Origin: Candidatus Saccharimonadota bacterium
Lineage (GTDB): Bacteria > Patescibacteriota > Saccharimonadia > Saccharimonadales > Saccharimonadaceae
NCBI GenBank assembly: GCA_002421785.1
Contig: DIRZ01000002.1
Coordinates: 150,001-182,000 of the forward strand
DNA: 32,000 nucleotides
Direction of reading: 5' to 3'
The position numbers and the translations under genes were made by a program. This document shows positions 31,831 to 32,000 of this stretch, piece after piece. The notes below the pieces were generated by a model. The model was not told where the DNA came from. It made no database searches and was given only the letters and a program-made list of their open reading frames with translations. Within the stretch, counting starts at the first letter, position 1, and each line of letters starts with the position of its first letter.

Positions 31831-32000
31831 GATTTGCTCCTTTTGTCATTACCACTGCTGCCATCCCCCACCACACCAAGCTCACGGTGTCGTCTGCCCA
31901 TACCGGCAGCAGCAGCCCAATGAGCGCCAGACCGATACCGCTCGCCCATAGGCCCAGCGCTAGCCAATCACGGCGCTGTCGCCAGAGTTTTGTAAGTATA
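31799..32000 (-). CDS. C-terminal part of a membrane protein (5' end outside the window)
   Basis: Open minus-strand frame from the window edge: ..LWRQRRDWLALGLWASGIGLALIGLLLPVWADD..TKGANRGTTTNQKTA*. Overlaps the LexA-like start. Not in the ORF track because there is no start codon in the window. Confidence 0.45.
   Translation of the reverse strand, partial: ILTKLWRQRRDWLALGLWASGIGLALIGLLLPVWADDTVSLVWWGMAAVVMTKGANRGTTTNQKTA

Noticed and set aside
1-32000. CRISPR arrays, rRNA genes, classical IS elements with terminal inverted repeats, retron or DGR features
   Set aside because: Scanning by eye found no regularly spaced short direct repeats, no rRNA-like sequence, and no transposase or reverse-transcriptase motifs. 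The only repeat families seen are those reported above.

Overview
All calls come from manual translation and motif recognition; I ran no database searches, so family names are from memory. The window is mostly a mosaic accessory or defence region lying next to a short stretch of housekeeping-like genes.

Left to right:
1. 1-6412 (-): a DUF1156 methylase / DUF3780 / DUF499 ATPase cassette of the predicted anti-phage type. The methylase runs off the left edge.
2. 6791-12600: integrative module copy 1. It contains a ParB-domain::DNA methylase, an overlapping small HTH protein resembling a small terminase, a 100-aa protein, a DUF4268/PD-(D/E)xK nuclease, a large serine recombinase and a convergent HEPN (RNAIAH) gene. 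It ends in a ~240-nt non-coding module carrying a degenerate tRNA 3'-like end.
3. 12616-16895 (-): a visibly AT-rich four-gene operon (zinc-ribbon protein, stand-alone macrodomain, 590-aa membrane protein, 222-aa protein), transcribed just downstream of two anomalous type-II tRNA genes.
4. 17175-18887 (-): three small or unknown genes, including a DUF2188 protein.
5. 18888-24977: module copy 2. It has an XRE/ImmA switch, then the same ParB-methylase / HTH / serine recombinase backbone with different cargo, ending in the same non-coding module plus a clear displaced tRNA-Asn 3' fragment.
6. 25050-28623 (-): ArsR / small membrane protein / atypical P1B-type ATPase / zinc ribbon / VKOR operon.
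7. 28741-29006: the third, apparently native, copy of the non-coding module, directly downstream of an intact tRNA-Asn(GUU). That tRNA's anticodon loop is interrupted by a 234-nt group I intron carrying the canonical P, Q, R and S core elements.
8. 29366-32000 (-): HNH endonuclease, class-A-beta-lactamase-like serine hydrolase, a LexA-like protein with only the DNA-binding domain, and a partial membrane protein.

The most interesting items are the stacked pair of diverged serine-recombinase modules with swappable cargo, the conserved tRNA-Asn-linked non-coding module, the intron-containing tRNA-Asn, the tRNA with a 30-nt hairpin in place of a normal anticodon loop, and the macrodomain operon. 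I found no CRISPR array, rRNA or classical IS. The host may be a small-genome Patescibacteria/Saccharibacteria-like organism, but that is only a guess.
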